Assembly: GCA_040754655.1 (NCBI GenBank)
Contig: JBFMCE010000020.1
Coordinates: 1 to 44,136 of the forward strand
Origin: Bdellovibrionota bacterium
GTDB lineage: Bacteria > Bdellovibrionota > UBA1018 > UBA923
Direction of reading: 5' to 3'
DNA: 44,136 nt
The first letter of the stretch is position 1. Every line of letters starts with the position of its first letter. Made by a program: the position numbers and the translations under genes. Below, piece after piece: positions 35,253 to 44,136 of this stretch. A model generated the notes under the pieces. The model was not told the origin of the DNA. It made no database searches and was given only the letters and a program-made list of their open reading frames with translations.

Positions 35253-36877
35253 TATCCCCGCGGAGGGGTTACAAGAAGCTGATTGAGCGACGAACTGTCT
35301 AGAACGCCGCCAAACATCGCCTCTGCCTGAGCGCGGATACCCGCCATATTGGCATAGTTCATCACCACGGCAATCGATGCGTTTTGCGGTGATGGCCCTA
35401 CCAGCGTCCTCAGATCCACGGCGGCGCGCACCCCGTTGACCTGCATGCTACCCAAAGGATTCATCGCAATAGCAGCCCCGCCTGCGTCGCTATGATTGTA
35501 GTAAAGCAAGATTTGGATCGCCTGGTTGTCGTTGTCACCCGTAGCCTCGTACAAACCGTTCACGTTTCGCCTGAAGCTTATCGCGCCGTCTGTAGGCAGA
35601 TAGAGCATGCCTGAGGTTTTATTCACGTAATGCGCGACGACCCAGAGCTGAATCATCCGGGCTACGGCCTCGTGGCGAAGTTGAGCCGTGGTGGCGCCAT
35701 TGTCTTCATCGGCGACTTGCACGAAGTCAACGTTGTTGTGGTAGTCATAACCATCGCGTTGGATGTAAAAACTTCCAACCTGTCGCCGAGCGGCTGCATC
35801 GAAGAGAGCGAGATCAATTAAATTTTGTCTCGCTGTTCTTGGGATGAAGTCATTGCGGTTGAACTGACGCGCAAGGTTTCTTGCACCTACAGAATCAGCG
35901 CCACCCGCCGCCGCGATTTGAGCCTGAGTCGGCGCCACCGCCCGCGCTGGCGCGAATGCCGCCGGTAGATCAAACACTCCGCCAAGCGCTCTGTTGATCA
36001 AGGGTTGGTTGGCTGGATCGAGCAGACGCGAACCGATTCCAGGTTCGGCCCTTCCTAAGTTTTGAGTCAGCCCGCAAAGAAGCTTATCAAGCAGTTCAGA
36101 CGAGAAAGCCTTTCCCGCGAGCTCTCTAGCTTGAAGGGACGCAAGGCTTCTGGCGCCATTGGCGATCTTCTCAAAGTAACTGCGACGATCAGGCGTGATC
36201 GGATTGAAGTTCGTTCCACGAAAACCTGTCGCATTGACCATCGAGGTTACGCTATTGATAGAAACAGTGGCAAAACCCTTTTTGCCATCGATATTGCGAC
36301 TTCGAATGCCATTAAAATTCATCGCACGGTGGATTTGCCCGCCAGTGAGCTCAAGGATCGCCTTATTCGGCAGCATGGCGTTGTCACCGCTGTCATCGCG
36401 GGTTTTTGTGTGAATCACGGAACCACTCAAATTCGAAAGCGCGCGGCGAAGCAATGTATTATCAAGCCCTGCAAATTGGGTATTGATGAGCGTAGTGTAA
36501 AAACGGTCGCTGCGGTTGAGCATCAGGCCCCGGATGATCGTGGTATCGGGGTTTTCGCTGGGCTGGTACCCTAGCCCTTCGTTCGATGGGCGCGCTGGGC
36601 TCCCGTCACGCAAATGAGGCATGACGGCCTTTGACCAACCGTTGCCTCCGGCAAGTTCAATCGTGCCAAAACTGATGGGCACTACACCTGCCATAGTGCA
36701 GGCCTGCTGCGCATAGGCCGACTTCGCGCCAAGCAAGCTTGCGATGGTCGGCACGCTGATTACGGTGGCCCCCGCTATAAGCCCTTGCCCAAGAAACTCT
36801 CTCCTAGTGACCGGTTTCCCATGCGGCTTTGATGTGCGAACCGGTTCGATATTGCCTTTGGCTTTAATGATTGCCAT
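35252..36877 (-). CDS. Tat-exported DUF1501/DUF1552-like protein
   Basis: TRREFLGQG twin-arginine signal ending AYA; LAGG, GYDYH and TDG motifs. Confidence 0.75.
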   Translation of the reverse strand: MAIIKAKGNIEPVRTSKPHGKPVTRREFLGQGLIAGATVISVPTIASLLGAKSAYAQQACTMAGVVPISFGTIELAGGNGWSKAVMPHLRDGSPARPSNEGLGYQPSENPDTTIIRGLMLNRSDRFYTTLINTQFAGLDNTLLRRALSNLSGSVIHTKTRDDSGDNAMLPNKAILELTGGQIHRAMNFNGIRSRNIDGKKGFATVSINSVTSMVNATGFRGTNFNPITPDRRSYFEKIANGARSLASLQARELAGKAFSSELLDKLLCGLTQNLGRAEPGIGSRLLDPANQPLINRALGGVFDLPAAFAPARAVAPTQAQIAAAGGADSVGARNLARQFNRNDFIPRTARQNLIDLALFDAAARRQVGSFYIQRDGYDYHNNVDFVQVADEDNGATTAQLRHEAVARMIQLWVVAHYVNKTSGMLYLPTDGAISFRRNVNGLYEATGDNDNQAIQILLYYNHSDAGGAAIAMNPLGSMQVNGVRAAVDLRTLVGPSPQNASIAVVMNYANMAGIRAQAEAMFGGVLDSSSLNQLLVTPPRG

Positions 36878-36910
36878 AAATCCCCCTTAAAATCCCCAAA
36901 TAAACAAAAA

Positions 36911-37603
36911 CTATTGAACCAATGCATCGAAACTCATCGCTGCCGCGACGCAAATCGCGGTCGCGATCATGCCGTTGGTGATGCCTGCTTCGTTTGTCGC
37001 GAGATCCCTGATCAAAGCATCGAGCACGGCGTTTTCTTCAGCAGTTGGCGTCGTTCTTCCCCACAGCCTGCTTGCCAAGAAGTTCTTCGCCGGCGCCCAG
37101 TTCGCTGGATTTGACACCAAGACATTGCCCGCCGGCAGCGCATTTCTGTAGGGGCGCCCGGTGTTTTGCGCATCAGAACACGCCGCAACGGCTAGTTTCT
37201 CAGAAGCAAATACTTCAGGGGTACCGAAGTTCTCTGTTGCCGCCTTTGCAGGCATGTTGATGGTGAGCTCGCCCAAAACTTCCCCGATCCGTCCGGCACT
37301 CAAACTTACACCCAATGCAGAGGCCAGCCTTCGCGGATACTCGTAAAAGTCAGCCACTCCTACCGTGCCATTCCCCGACTGAGACAGCGGAGTCAACTCA
37401 ACCGCCGGCGGAGGAGTGACCGGAGGGAGCACGTCTACCGGGGCTGAGCCTCCGGTATTGTTTGCAACACCATCTTGACGGCCATTCGCGCCTAAAGCTC
37501 CGGTTGCCGTAACCTCGCCGCCCTTATCACCAAAAATGCAGCCAGTGGTTCCTATCAAGGTTACCAGTATCAACAATTTATTTACGATCTTTGAAAACCT
37601 CAT
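36911..37603 (-). CDS. Lipoprotein of the cytochrome/Tat module
   Basis: GAGGGG SD, MRFSKIV..TTGC lipobox; LAVAAC..LWGRTTPTAEE..AICVAA helical pattern. Confidence 0.7.
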   Translation of the reverse strand: MRFSKIVNKLLILVTLIGTTGCIFGDKGGEVTATGALGANGRQDGVANNTGGSAPVDVLPPVTPPPAVELTPLSQSGNGTVGVADFYEYPRRLASALGVSLSAGRIGEVLGELTINMPAKAATENFGTPEVFASEKLAVAACSDAQNTGRPYRNALPAGNVLVSNPANWAPAKNFLASRLWGRTTPTAEENAVLDALIRDLATNEAGITNGMIATAICVAAAMSFDALVQ

Positions 37604-37632
37604 AAATTCAAATCCCCTCTTTGCGATCAAAC

Positions 37633-38916
37633 TTAAAGAGCCGTACCCAAACACTGATCCAGCACCGCGACGCGCTCAAAGACCGAGCGCAGATCGCCCT
37701 GCCTTTTGAGATCGGCGGCAAGCGCATCTATGATTGCGTTGTCGAGAGAGATCCCCGGGCAAGCAAGTTCAACGGCGCGCACCACCATGCCGCGATAAGT
37801 TTGAGTCGCAAGCGCTAGGGCGCGCATGAGCGAGTTCACGCCAGTGCCACTCATCGGCCCCTCCCAACCGTAACGTTGATTCATCGCGGGAGTAAACGGG
37901 TTGATCCAGCCGCCATTAGACGGACTATAGGCTGGCGCGAGCGTGTCTCTGTAAACACCGATGTTTCGATAATACTTTGGCGCACAGACAAGACCGTCTT
38001 CATCGCCATCGTCGTCACCACGATCGGTGTCGTTCGTGTAGGCGATTCCTCTGGTCACGTTGTCATCGAATTCAACCACGTGGCAGAACGCAGTACCGAG
38101 GCTATCAAGAATGCCGTGACAGGTTTTGCATGAGGTCAAGAAAAACCCGACTCCGTCGCCCAGCGGGTTGCGATCGACATCACCACGAATGCGGGTCACT
38201 GGCGCGTTATACGGAGCTTCAGCAAACCTCAGTTCATCCATTTTCAAACGCCAGAAGGTGCTTGAAAAATGCTCCCACACCCTGCGACCGGTACCCGCTT
38301 CATGAATATCGATGGAAGAGTCGGCAGTATAAATGCCGCCCACTTCGGTAGCCGGAATCACACGGTTGGACGCCCGTACTTTTCCATCTACGGCGCGGAA
38401 GCGTTGCGGGTCAGAAAAATCCAACCCCATGTTATCGGCGTTCGCGTAACTCGCAGGCAGAGTGCTCACTTGGTTATTGGCGGGATCGAGCACTACACCG
38501 TAAAGCTGGTCACTGTAGAGGATCTCGCCGATGTGCCTTCCATCTCGAACGATGCCCATGATCAGCCCAAGGCCGTCATTCAAGGCGACGTCACGCGGAT
38601 CTTGGTTGCGCTTGATCATTGGAGCGCCCCATTGACGAATGGTGTTTGCTAAAAACTCACGGCGCAGTCGATTGGGAGCCGAATACATGGCGATGCGCGC
38701 AGCACCCACGCGGTCTCCAGCTCGAAGCCTTTGCACCATTTGATTGAGTTCGACATCATCGGCAGTAAAAGGAAGACCGCGAATTCGCGTAGATAAACGC
38801 CGCGCTTGACGGACAAAATCGTCTGCTTTGGCCAGAGCACACAGAGAGGCGCTCTCAATTGCAAAGCAGCTCAAGACAAACGCAAGGATACCCCTGATCT
38901 TAAAATGGCCGTTCAT
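37633..38916 (-). CDS. Exported monoheme (CKTCH) protein of unknown function
   Basis: Signal peptide, ARRLSTRIRG, CKTCHG, acidic DTDRGDDDGDEDG loop. Start at ATG 38916 or GTG 38931. Confidence 0.75.
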   Translation of the reverse strand: MNGHFKIRGILAFVLSCFAIESASLCALAKADDFVRQARRLSTRIRGLPFTADDVELNQMVQRLRAGDRVGAARIAMYSAPNRLRREFLANTIRQWGAPMIKRNQDPRDVALNDGLGLIMGIVRDGRHIGEILYSDQLYGVVLDPANNQVSTLPASYANADNMGLDFSDPQRFRAVDGKVRASNRVIPATEVGGIYTADSSIDIHEAGTGRRVWEHFSSTFWRLKMDELRFAEAPYNAPVTRIRGDVDRNPLGDGVGFFLTSCKTCHGILDSLGTAFCHVVEFDDNVTRGIAYTNDTDRGDDDGDEDGLVCAPKYYRNIGVYRDTLAPAYSPSNGGWINPFTPAMNQRYGWEGPMSGTGVNSLMRALALATQTYRGMVVRAVELACPGISLDNAIIDALAADLKRQGDLRSVFERVAVLDQCLGTAL

Positions 38917-39122
38917 GATTCTAACCCCCACAAAACACGCCTCGATCTTTCACCCGAAACCCACTTACGCGAACTTCCTCGAACGGCCCTCTAATTTTGG
39001 CTCGCGGCTACTACCGAATTGCTTGTACGGAATAGTTTATTTAATTAGTCAGATAATAACAAGGTGTTTTTTGTTTTATATTGATTAGCGTTTTCAAAGG
39101 CTTAGCACTAGAATTCAAACTG

Positions 39123-39473
39123 ATGTCTGAAAGACCTAAGATAGCGCGGAAGTTCGGGCGCTCTTCAGTAGACTGCGAAGCCGTGCTGGTATTTCCGTCG
39201 CGAAACGCGCGTCCGCGCATTCGCGCGCAACTCATCCAAATTGGAAAAGGGGGTTGCGCTCTTTCAACGACAGAAAAACTCTATATCGGCGAAGACTGTT
39301 TGGTTTGGGCTGTGGGCGGCGGCCAGAAATACTTGGGCACCGCGGGTAGAATCGTCTGGGCCCAACCCTTTTATGCAGGCCAACAAACCTTAGTGGTTGG
39401 AGTCGAGTTCAAAGAAAGCATCGAATTGTCGAACGATCTTTTGACCAGGCTTCGGGCGAAACAGCAAAGCTAA
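39123..39473 (+). CDS. Stand-alone PilZ domain protein (degenerate second motif)
   Basis: RKFGR, QIGKGGCAL, GRIVW and VGVEF. Confidence 0.75.
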   Translation: MSERPKIARKFGRSSVDCEAVLVFPSRNARPRIRAQLIQIGKGGCALSTTEKLYIGEDCLVWAVGGGQKYLGTAGRIVWAQPFYAGQQTLVVGVEFKESIELSNDLLTRLRAKQQS

Positions 39474-40282
39474 TCGACATCGCGAAACGCGCGCACGAGT
39501 TTTTTCACACGACCCAAATCAAGCTCAGCCCCTGCCCGGCCTTCTTTTCTCAACGCTGAACCGATGATAGCCCCGCTCACCTTCGGCAAAAGCGCATGCA
39601 CGTTCTCTGAATTCACTCCGCTTCCCAAGAAGATGGGGACATGGCTTTTCTTCACCGCAAATTCTTCCAACTTTTTCAAATCAATGGGTCTTCCAGTAGT
39701 AGGCCCCGTGAGAATCACGGCATCCGCCAAGGATCTTTGCGCCAGTTCTTCCACGGCCAAAGAAAGGTCGCTCACTGAAATCGACTGCGCATGTTTTACG
39801 AGAGCGTCAGCCCAAATCTCAATCGAAGATCCCTGAAGTTCGTGCGAAGACCTCTCTCGCACCAGGCTCGCGGCGTCGCCCTCGATCAAACCTTGATCGG
39901 TCGCCGCTACCCCGCTCAAGACATTGGTTCGGATGAACTGACATCCTGTGATCGCAGCGATGGAAAGAGCCGCTCTTGCATCGTTGCGCAAAACATTGAT
40001 CCCAAGCCTTAGCCCAACCACGGCCCTGACCTCAGAAGCAATCACGCTCATTGCCGCGATCGTGATAGGAGGAACAGCGCTTTTAAAAAAAGGGACGTCT
40101 CCGAAATTTTCAAGGATCAGGCCATCGAATCCAAATTGTTCGAAGGTTTTGGCCTCTTTGACCGCCCGACTTACGGCTTGTCTTAACGTTTGTTTTGCAC
40201 TGGAAGCAGCCATCGGCGCTCCTGGCAACGCAGGAAGATGCACGACTCCGATTAAGGTACGAGGTTTTGGCTTTTTCAACAT
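39470..40282 (-). CDS. BtpA/SgcQ family protein
   Basis: IGVVHLPALPG, ENFGDVPF, GINVLRND, VKHA, ADAVILTG and GSGV. Confidence 0.93.
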   Translation of the reverse strand: MLKKPKPRTLIGVVHLPALPGAPMAASSAKQTLRQAVSRAVKEAKTFEQFGFDGLILENFGDVPFFKSAVPPITIAAMSVIASEVRAVVGLRLGINVLRNDARAALSIAAITGCQFIRTNVLSGVAATDQGLIEGDAASLVRERSSHELQGSSIEIWADALVKHAQSISVSDLSLAVEELAQRSLADAVILTGPTTGRPIDLKKLEEFAVKKSHVPIFLGSGVNSENVHALLPKVSGAIIGSALRKEGRAGAELDLGRVKKLVRAFRDVD

Positions 40283-40326
40283 TTGTAAGTATATACTTAA
40301 GCTGTGAACCGAGGAGAATCAACCCG

Positions 40327-40695
40327 ATGTCGCACTCACCAGGATTTTTAAAGATCGTAGAGACTGCAAAACAAAAAATTCGCGAGACCAACACCACAGA
40401 AGTGGCCGCAAAAGTAAAACGAGGGGAAAAATTCCACTTCGTCGATGTAAGGGAAGACGAGGAATGGCGAGCGGGCCATGCCAAAGGGGCCATTCACATT
40501 GGAAAAGGCGTGATTGAACGCGATATCGAAAGCAAGATCCCTGACAAGTCCGCCGAAATCGTTCTCTATTGCGGAGGAGGATTTCGTTCAGCCCTCGCAG
40601 CCGAAGCGCTGGGGCGCATGGGCTACACCAATGTGATTTCGATGGATGGTGGATTTCGGGCGTGGAAGGATGCAGGCCTTCCTGTTGAGACCTGA
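40327..40695 (+). CDS. Rhodanese-like sulfurtransferase
   Basis: GAGGAG SD; VDVRE..GHAKGA, YCGGGFRS, SMDGG. Confidence 0.93.
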   Translation: MSHSPGFLKIVETAKQKIRETNTTEVAAKVKRGEKFHFVDVREDEEWRAGHAKGAIHIGKGVIERDIESKIPDKSAEIVLYCGGGFRSALAAEALGRMGYTNVISMDGGFRAWKDAGLPVET

Positions 40696-40876
40696 CCAGG
40701 CTTTCAGTTGAAGAGCTTGCATAGGACTCGCCCTGTTTTTGGTCGGCTTAAGCTCTTCGCAACGGAAGAATTTGCCGCGCCTGCGAATAAGCCCGCAAAT
40801 ACGCCCCCTCTTGCCTTTAAAGCCTGGGCTTTAAAACTCCGAAACGACTCTTGCAGAGAGGTAGCGCTTGAAGCTC

Positions 40877-41485
40877 ATGCCCCAAAAAGAAGCACACAAG
40901 TTCATTGCCATTTTAAGTGCAGGTTTCGGTGGGTTTTTGATCCTAGGAATCTCGCTCTTCTCATTGCTTTATGACTGGGGAGGAGAACAATTCTTCTACA
41001 CGCGGATGGCGCCCGTTCCTTTAAAACAAACCTCTGAGTGTTCAGTGGCCCCATCTGAGCAATACTCAGAAGCGATTCCGGCCCTTGATGCCTCTGATGC
41101 TGAGCTTCTTTCAACCGAGGGAGATCTCGCGCCGGCTGAGGTATTGAGCCTTGACGAAAGCATCACAAAACTGAATACGGCTCGCAAACCTTCGTCGGCC
41201 GCTTCTCATCAAAACCACACCGTCCTGTTGAAATGGGAAGAAGTCCCAGGCGCGCAAGCCTATCAGGTCAAGGCCTGGCAGCTGCGTGGGGCCGATCGCG
41301 TGGTCATTTTTGATAAAAACGTGAAAACCACCGAGCTACGCACAAATGCAGTCTACCCGGGCAAAGTCTTCTGGCAAGTAGCTGCAATTGATGGAAAAGG
41401 CAGAGTGGGAGAGACCGCCGGACCCATCGAAACACGAGCCGATTCCGATCCCAATACCTCAAGTGACGCAACTGGCAAAAAGTAG
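40877..41485 (+). CDS. Membrane-anchored protein with FN3-like domain
   Basis: One N-terminal TM; LKWEEVPGAQAYQV..FWQVAAIDGKG. Confidence 0.7.
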   Translation: MPQKEAHKFIAILSAGFGGFLILGISLFSLLYDWGGEQFFYTRMAPVPLKQTSECSVAPSEQYSEAIPALDASDAELLSTEGDLAPAEVLSLDESITKLNTARKPSSAASHQNHTVLLKWEEVPGAQAYQVKAWQLRGADRVVIFDKNVKTTELRTNAVYPGKVFWQVAAIDGKGRVGETAGPIETRADSDPNTSSDATGKK

Positions 41486-41510
41486 CTCTCTATGTTAACT
41501 GACCTCTCTA

Positions 41511-43106
41511 ATGATGAGGTTCAGAGAACTGCACATTCTATTTCTCTTTGCGTGCGCCGTGCCCCTGTTTTCCACGGGATGCGCAAAAAGCACTAACAAA
41601 GACTGCGCAAACCTCATCAAGGCGATTTCGGAACTTCAAAGCGAGCATGTCTCGACACCTCAGGACTTTAATGCGAAAATCTTCGAAACAGCCCAACGAA
41701 AACTTCTCGACCAGCAGATCCTGCGTGCCCCAGAGAAATTCAGCTCGCTAGATTCCCAAAGCCAGTGCACCGAGACCCTAAAACTTCTTCAAAATAACTT
41801 TCCAAATACTGAGTCCGCTGAATGGGCGCTTGATCTGATGAACCGGTATGTTCGAGACGCTTGGGATCCACACTCAGTGGTCATGCCGGATGAGGCTCTT
41901 GCAAACCGTGATTCCATCCGACAGAGCTATGGTTTTTTTATTGGCAGATCGGGTGATCACGGCAAAGTTGAGCTGATCGACATCATTGCTCCGAGCCCCG
42001 CCTATAACCAAGGTTTGAGGGAAGGCATGGTGATCGACGCCATCGATGGAACTGATGTCACCACGTTGAGCACGGCGACTTTGATCAATATGCTCAAGGA
42101 AAAAAACACGATCACTTTGAATGTGCGCGATGAGCGCACTGAGATCGCTTCGATCAGCGGCATCAAGCGTCAAGAAGTCGTGACGCTCAAGCGAGACACT
42201 TTGATGTATGTTTCTCCGTTTAAGGCGGAGACAATCAATATCAAAGACAGCCTGTCAAATCAGCGCAAGCAGATCATTTACGTGAAGCTTCGATTCTTTG
42301 ACCGCCCTCGAAACTTAGGCTCTCTCGGCGAATTGCTCTTGCGAACTTTTCAACAAGCGACTTGCTTGATCTTGGATCTTCGCAACATCGCGGGCGGAGA
42401 CATCGCCCCTGCCGCCGCTATCGCGAACTTTTTGATTTCGAAGGGGACAAGCTTCGTTGGTTACCTCAAACGTGGGATGAATATCGACGACGTCCCGGAC
42501 GAACCTCTATACCTCGAGCCCGCGACCCAGAAAGAACGTGGCGGCGTTTGGAAAGCCCCGATCGTGGTGATCGCCAACGCTGGAACGAAATCAGTGGCCG
42601 AAGCACTGACCGGGGCGCTGCAAGATTATGGCGCCGTAATTGTCGGCGCCCAAACCTTTGGCAAAGGCACGCACCAAACCCCTCCCCGCTCGTTGCACAA
42701 ATACGGTTTCAACGCGGCCATTGAAATCACCGACGCTTTCTTGTTGCGTCCGTCTGGGCAACCGCTTCAACTCGTCGGCGTCAGCCCCGACATCGAGGTC
42801 AAAAGCTCAGTGCTAGAATCGCGGCGCATCGAGAAGAGAGAGAGCGCGATCTTCGGCCACCTTAAACCTCCGGTAGTTTCAGACCCTCCTCGTTCGCTTT
42901 ATGGGTATTCGAGCACCGCGCTCGGAAAAGATCGCAGGCCTGACTTCCATGAGCGCTTCCAGCTTTATAAGACAACGATTGAAGAGACCCTTCAAAAGAA
43001 GGCGGCTCTCTTGAGTCAAGAAGACCTTGAGCTTTTGGCTGCAAGGGAGGCAGCGCTCTTTTTGAGCAATGAGTCTGATCCGACCGCCGTGTATCAGTTT
43101 GAGTAA
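41511..43106 (+). CDS. S41 carboxyl-terminal processing protease with PDZ domain (lipoprotein)
   Basis: STGC lipobox, DPHS, SPA..GL..G..IDG PDZ, LILDLRN, GTKSVAE, TFGKG, GVSPDI. Confidence 0.88.
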   Translation: MMRFRELHILFLFACAVPLFSTGCAKSTNKDCANLIKAISELQSEHVSTPQDFNAKIFETAQRKLLDQQILRAPEKFSSLDSQSQCTETLKLLQNNFPNTESAEWALDLMNRYVRDAWDPHSVVMPDEALANRDSIRQSYGFFIGRSGDHGKVELIDIIAPSPAYNQGLREGMVIDAIDGTDVTTLSTATLINMLKEKNTITLNVRDERTEIASISGIKRQEVVTLKRDTLMYVSPFKAETINIKDSLSNQRKQIIYVKLRFFDRPRNLGSLGELLLRTFQQATCLILDLRNIAGGDIAPAAAIANFLISKGTSFVGYLKRGMNIDDVPDEPLYLEPATQKERGGVWKAPIVVIANAGTKSVAEALTGALQDYGAVIVGAQTFGKGTHQTPPRSLHKYGFNAAIEITDAFLLRPSGQPLQLVGVSPDIEVKSSVLESRRIEKRESAIFGHLKPPVVSDPPRSLYGYSSTALGKDRRPDFHERFQLYKTTIEETLQKKAALLSQEDLELLAAREAALFLSNESDPTAVYQFE

Positions 43107-43196
43107 GAAAAACGCCTGTCGTTTAGCGCCCATCGCCTAGGATATACATCTTCGTCGGGGTGCTCAGGTCCCAGCCCGGCTTTGTTCAAGCAGGGC

Positions 43197-43598
43197 TCAG
43201 GCATCTTTTCCGATGGTGAACTTGCCTGCGCCATTGCCATAGACCAAAAGCAATCCACCCATGATTGAAAGATTCTTCAAAGTACTGATCAGCTGAGGCC
43301 GGTCTATGAGGTTCATCGCAGCGTCAAATGCTGGTCTAAAGTGAAAGAGATAAGTGGTGGGAATGAGAAAAGCGAACAACACAAGTGCTGCGAGACGAGC
43401 GCGGAAACCACTAGCAAGGCATAGGCCGCCTCCCAGCTCAACAAGCACTGCTGCATACAAGAAAAAGGGCGCTGCCGGAATGCCTCGCGACTCCATGTAC
43501 ATCACCGTCGTGCCATAAGCGCCGATCTTAGAAATTCCTGAAATAATGAAGATCAATGCGAGAAGAAGTCTTCCTATCAGCGTTGCCACAGATGCCAT
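43197..43598 (-). CDS. DoxX family membrane protein
   Basis: GRLLLALIFIISGISK..VELGGG..FH..KNLSIMGGLL. Confidence 0.92.
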   Translation of the reverse strand: MASVATLIGRLLLALIFIISGISKIGAYGTTVMYMESRGIPAAPFFLYAAVLVELGGGLCLASGFRARLAALVLFAFLIPTTYLFHFRPAFDAAMNLIDRPQLISTLKNLSIMGGLLLVYGNGAGKFTIGKDA

Positions 43599-43940
43599 GA
43601 TGTCTATCCCCCGTTACTTTGATGGTCGGGGAAAAATACCCCGATGTCTACGTCGAAGTGGTCGAAGCGGTGGGGCGGGACCGGGCCTTTAGGGAAGCAG
43701 TTTCGAAGTGCGGGCGACTCCCGCGCGGGAGTGTTGGACGCGCCGAGCACGCCCCTGCAACAGAAATCGTTCTCGCCCTAGAGTAACTCCGGCGCGGTAA
43801 CGCCGGCGCGGGAGTTACCGCGCCAAGCGCCTCTCTCTGGATATGCGAACTAAAAATAAAAATCCTCGACCTATGATGCACCTTCGTTTATTTTGACGGT
43901 CCTCTCTACCATTTAAGATCGTCGCTTTTGTTTCAAAGTT

Positions 43941-44029
43941 GCCGGGGTGGCGGAATTGGTAGACGCACAGGACTTAAAATCCTGGGTTCCGAAAGGGACG
44001 TACCGGTTCGATTCCGGTCCTCGGCACCA
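43941..44029 (+). tRNA. tRNA-Leu(TAA)
   Basis: GCCGGGG/CCTCGGC acceptor stem; anticodon arm CAGGA-CTTAAAA-TCCTG; long variable arm; GGTTCGATTCC; CCA. Confidence 0.97.
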
Positions 44030-44136
44030 CTCGAAATCTCCTTTTATTTCAATATATTACAAAAAATCAAGTTGAACACTAGTCGAACCAGTAATCGATA
44101 AACACAAAGAGTTGGGATTTTTGCCTGCTTCAGGAT

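Noticed and set aside
41595..41625. DCANLI in the S41 protease as another CxxLL tag
   Set aside because: The protein is a lipoprotein with further Cys (SQCTETL) that could form a disulfide, so it does not fit the lone-Cys pattern.
43688..43770. Cobalamin-riboswitch-like words (AGGGAA...GCCCCTGCAAC)
   Set aside because: No B12 box is seen, the spacing is off, and the downstream gene on that strand is a tRNA.
43648..43881. 77-aa minus-strand ORF upstream of doxX
   Set aside because: Arg/Ser/Pro-rich translation of GC-rich palindromic DNA, with no clear SD or domain.
43893..43919. TTGACG...TAAGAT promoter for tRNA-Leu
   Set aside because: The spacer is only 15 bp; plausible but too weak to call.
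19929..43940. Prophage or integrative element, or tRNA-Cys, between the two tRNAs
   Set aside because: No integrase, transposase, phage gene, tRNA 3'-end duplication or tRNA-Cys cloverleaf was found by eye.
1..44136. CRISPR array or cas genes
   Set aside because: No regularly spaced repeat-spacer array or cas motifs; the 31-bp-spaced boxes at 21507-21554 are too short and too few.

Overview
Gene-dense bacterial chromosomal window of about 50% GC. It most likely comes from a Bdellovibrionota-like predatory or delta-lineage bacterium; this is inferred from gene content (many orphan exported proteins, PilZ and HD-GYP genes, sigma54 promoters, System II cytochrome c maturation) and is not proven. 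Housekeeping genes include lnt, glpX, pgsA followed by tRNA-Gly(GCC), a BtpA-family gene, a rhodanese, DoxX and tRNA-Leu(TAA), interspersed with many exported proteins. No CRISPR array, integrase or transposase was seen. Main observation: six unrelated signal-peptide proteins share a short C-x-x-(L/I/A)-L motif placed just after the signal peptide or at the extreme C-terminus. They are a MoxR/RavA AAA+ ATPase, its VWA partner, a helical protein, a trypsin that lost its canonical cysteines, a J-domain protein and a nuclease-like protein; an ART-like protein carries a weaker variant. In five of the six the motif Cys is the only Cys of the mature chain. This is a candidate undescribed effector sorting or delivery tag. 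Second observation: a four-gene c-type cytochrome/Tat/lipoprotein module of unknown function lies directly upstream of a fused CcsBA heme lyase. Five sigma54 promoters, two with matching upstream palindromes, are also visible.
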